A stretch of 35,210 nucleotides of DNA from a virus (taxonomy: Duplodnaviria; Heunggongvirae; Uroviricota; Caudoviricetes): the IMG/VR virus record IMGVR_UViG_2565956633_000004, positions 1-35,210 of that record. One strand, given 5' to 3'. The notes under the pieces are model-generated. The model had not been told where the DNA came from. It worked only from the letters and a program-made list of their open reading frames with translations, and ran no database searches. The translations under genes and the position numbers were made by a program. Shown here in pieces: positions 34,464 through 35,210 of the stretch (positions within the stretch are counted from its first letter, which is position 1; the number at the start of each line of letters is the position of its first letter).

Positions 34464-35210
34464 TTATTTCTCCGATTTAACCCCGAATAAATCATAAATT
34501 AATTTAGAAGTGTCTGTATATATTTTAATCTTTTCCTTTGAGTTTGGGTCAAACGACTTAGCAAAGTCAATTAATTTCGGTGCAGCATCTCGCATTTTGC
34601 TTAAAATATCAGGGGCGAGCTTTCCTTCATTCACCAGATGTGACATCTTATCCAGATAGCCATCAAAATTCATTTCTCCCCCATCTGCCAGACGCTTCAT
34701 CTCTCCCAGGTACTTCTTCATATCACGTTGAGATAACTCTTCAAACTGAGCTGTCAGATAGTTCTCATTATCATCATTAATATTCACTTTTTCTGCTCCT
34801 GCTAAATCTGTGTAGGCACTAGAGTATGAAAGTGAAATCAACAGCGAAGCGAATAATTTTAAGCTGTTGTCATCATATTCCTGACATGCATTAACAAACG
34901 TTAAAAAACCAGAACCTATTGCTTGCAAATGTATATTCGCTAAAGGTTCATTATCTTTAGATTCCTCATAAAAAAGCTGAACCGTGGAGGGAAGGCCATT
35001 CTTGGTTTCTACATCAAAAGTATATCGTTCTATGGGCGTTGCATCTTTATTATCCTCAGGATTACATATACTATTAATCGCAAAATGAAAAATAGCCCGA
35101 TCAACAACTGATGCAATAAATTCACGATCGTTTAATTCCTCATCAGTGCAATCTCCAATATACTTATTAACCCACTCTTTGAGATTAGTTATTTGCTCAA
35201 TTAAAAACAC
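34464..35210 (-). CDS. Hypothetical protein, AT-rich, 5' end outside window
   Basis: 248 codons open to the window edge, no start codon inside the window; acidic, Lys/Asp/Glu-rich; no domain recognised. Confidence 0.45.
   Translation of the reverse strand: MFLIEQITNLKEWVNKYIGDCTDEELNDREFIASVVDRAIFHFAINSICNPEDNKDATPIERYTFDVETKNGLPSTVQLFYEESKDNEPLANIHLQAIGSGFLTFVNACQEYDDNSLKLFASLLISLSYSSAYTDLAGAEKVNINDDNENYLTAQFEELSQRDMKKYLGEMKRLADGGEMNFDGYLDKMSHLVNEGKLAPDILSKMRDAAPKLIDFAKSFDPNSKEKIKIYTDTSKLIYDLFGVKSEK

Noticed and set aside
1-35210. CRISPR arrays, IS elements/transposases, integrase, rRNA
   Set aside because: No regularly spaced direct repeats, no transposase-like ORFs or terminal inverted repeats of IS size, and no tyrosine/serine recombinase ORF; the integrase is expected outside the window.

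Overview
Almost the whole window (about 1-32930) is one intact-looking lambdoid prophage of enterobacterial type; the remaining ~2.3 kb at the right end is AT-rich flanking cargo. All calls rest on reading the supplied ORF translations, motifs, RBS spacing and synteny by eye; no database search, HMM or folding program was run. The phage is a mosaic: lambda-type lysis cassette (S, R, Rz/Rz1, near-identical to lambda as I recall it), lambda-family Q with a lambda-like late leader and tR', HK97-type head and packaging genes (HNH, terS, terL, portal, protease, capsid) and a Mu/SfV-type contractile tail. Late genes run on the minus strand; the immunity region (cro-like / operators / cI with S24 peptidase domain) sits at 27.0-28.1 kb; a plus-strand early-left operon follows whose genes match the E. 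coli K-12 CPS-53/KplE1 yfdP-yfdT set in length and order. No integrase, tRNA, CRISPR array or IS element was found; the integrase is expected beyond the left edge. Most worth a second look: (1) a ClpX zinc-binding-domain-only protein as first gene of the early-left operon; (2) a LexA DNA-binding-domain-only protein in the replication/nin module, plus a near-consensus SOS box inside cI; (3) a GC-rich, strongly structured ~400 bp non-coding block upstream of the yfdP-like gene; (4) an autonomous AT-rich PH-domain-like moron inside the tail cluster; (5) AT-rich genes of unknown function just past the prophage right end.
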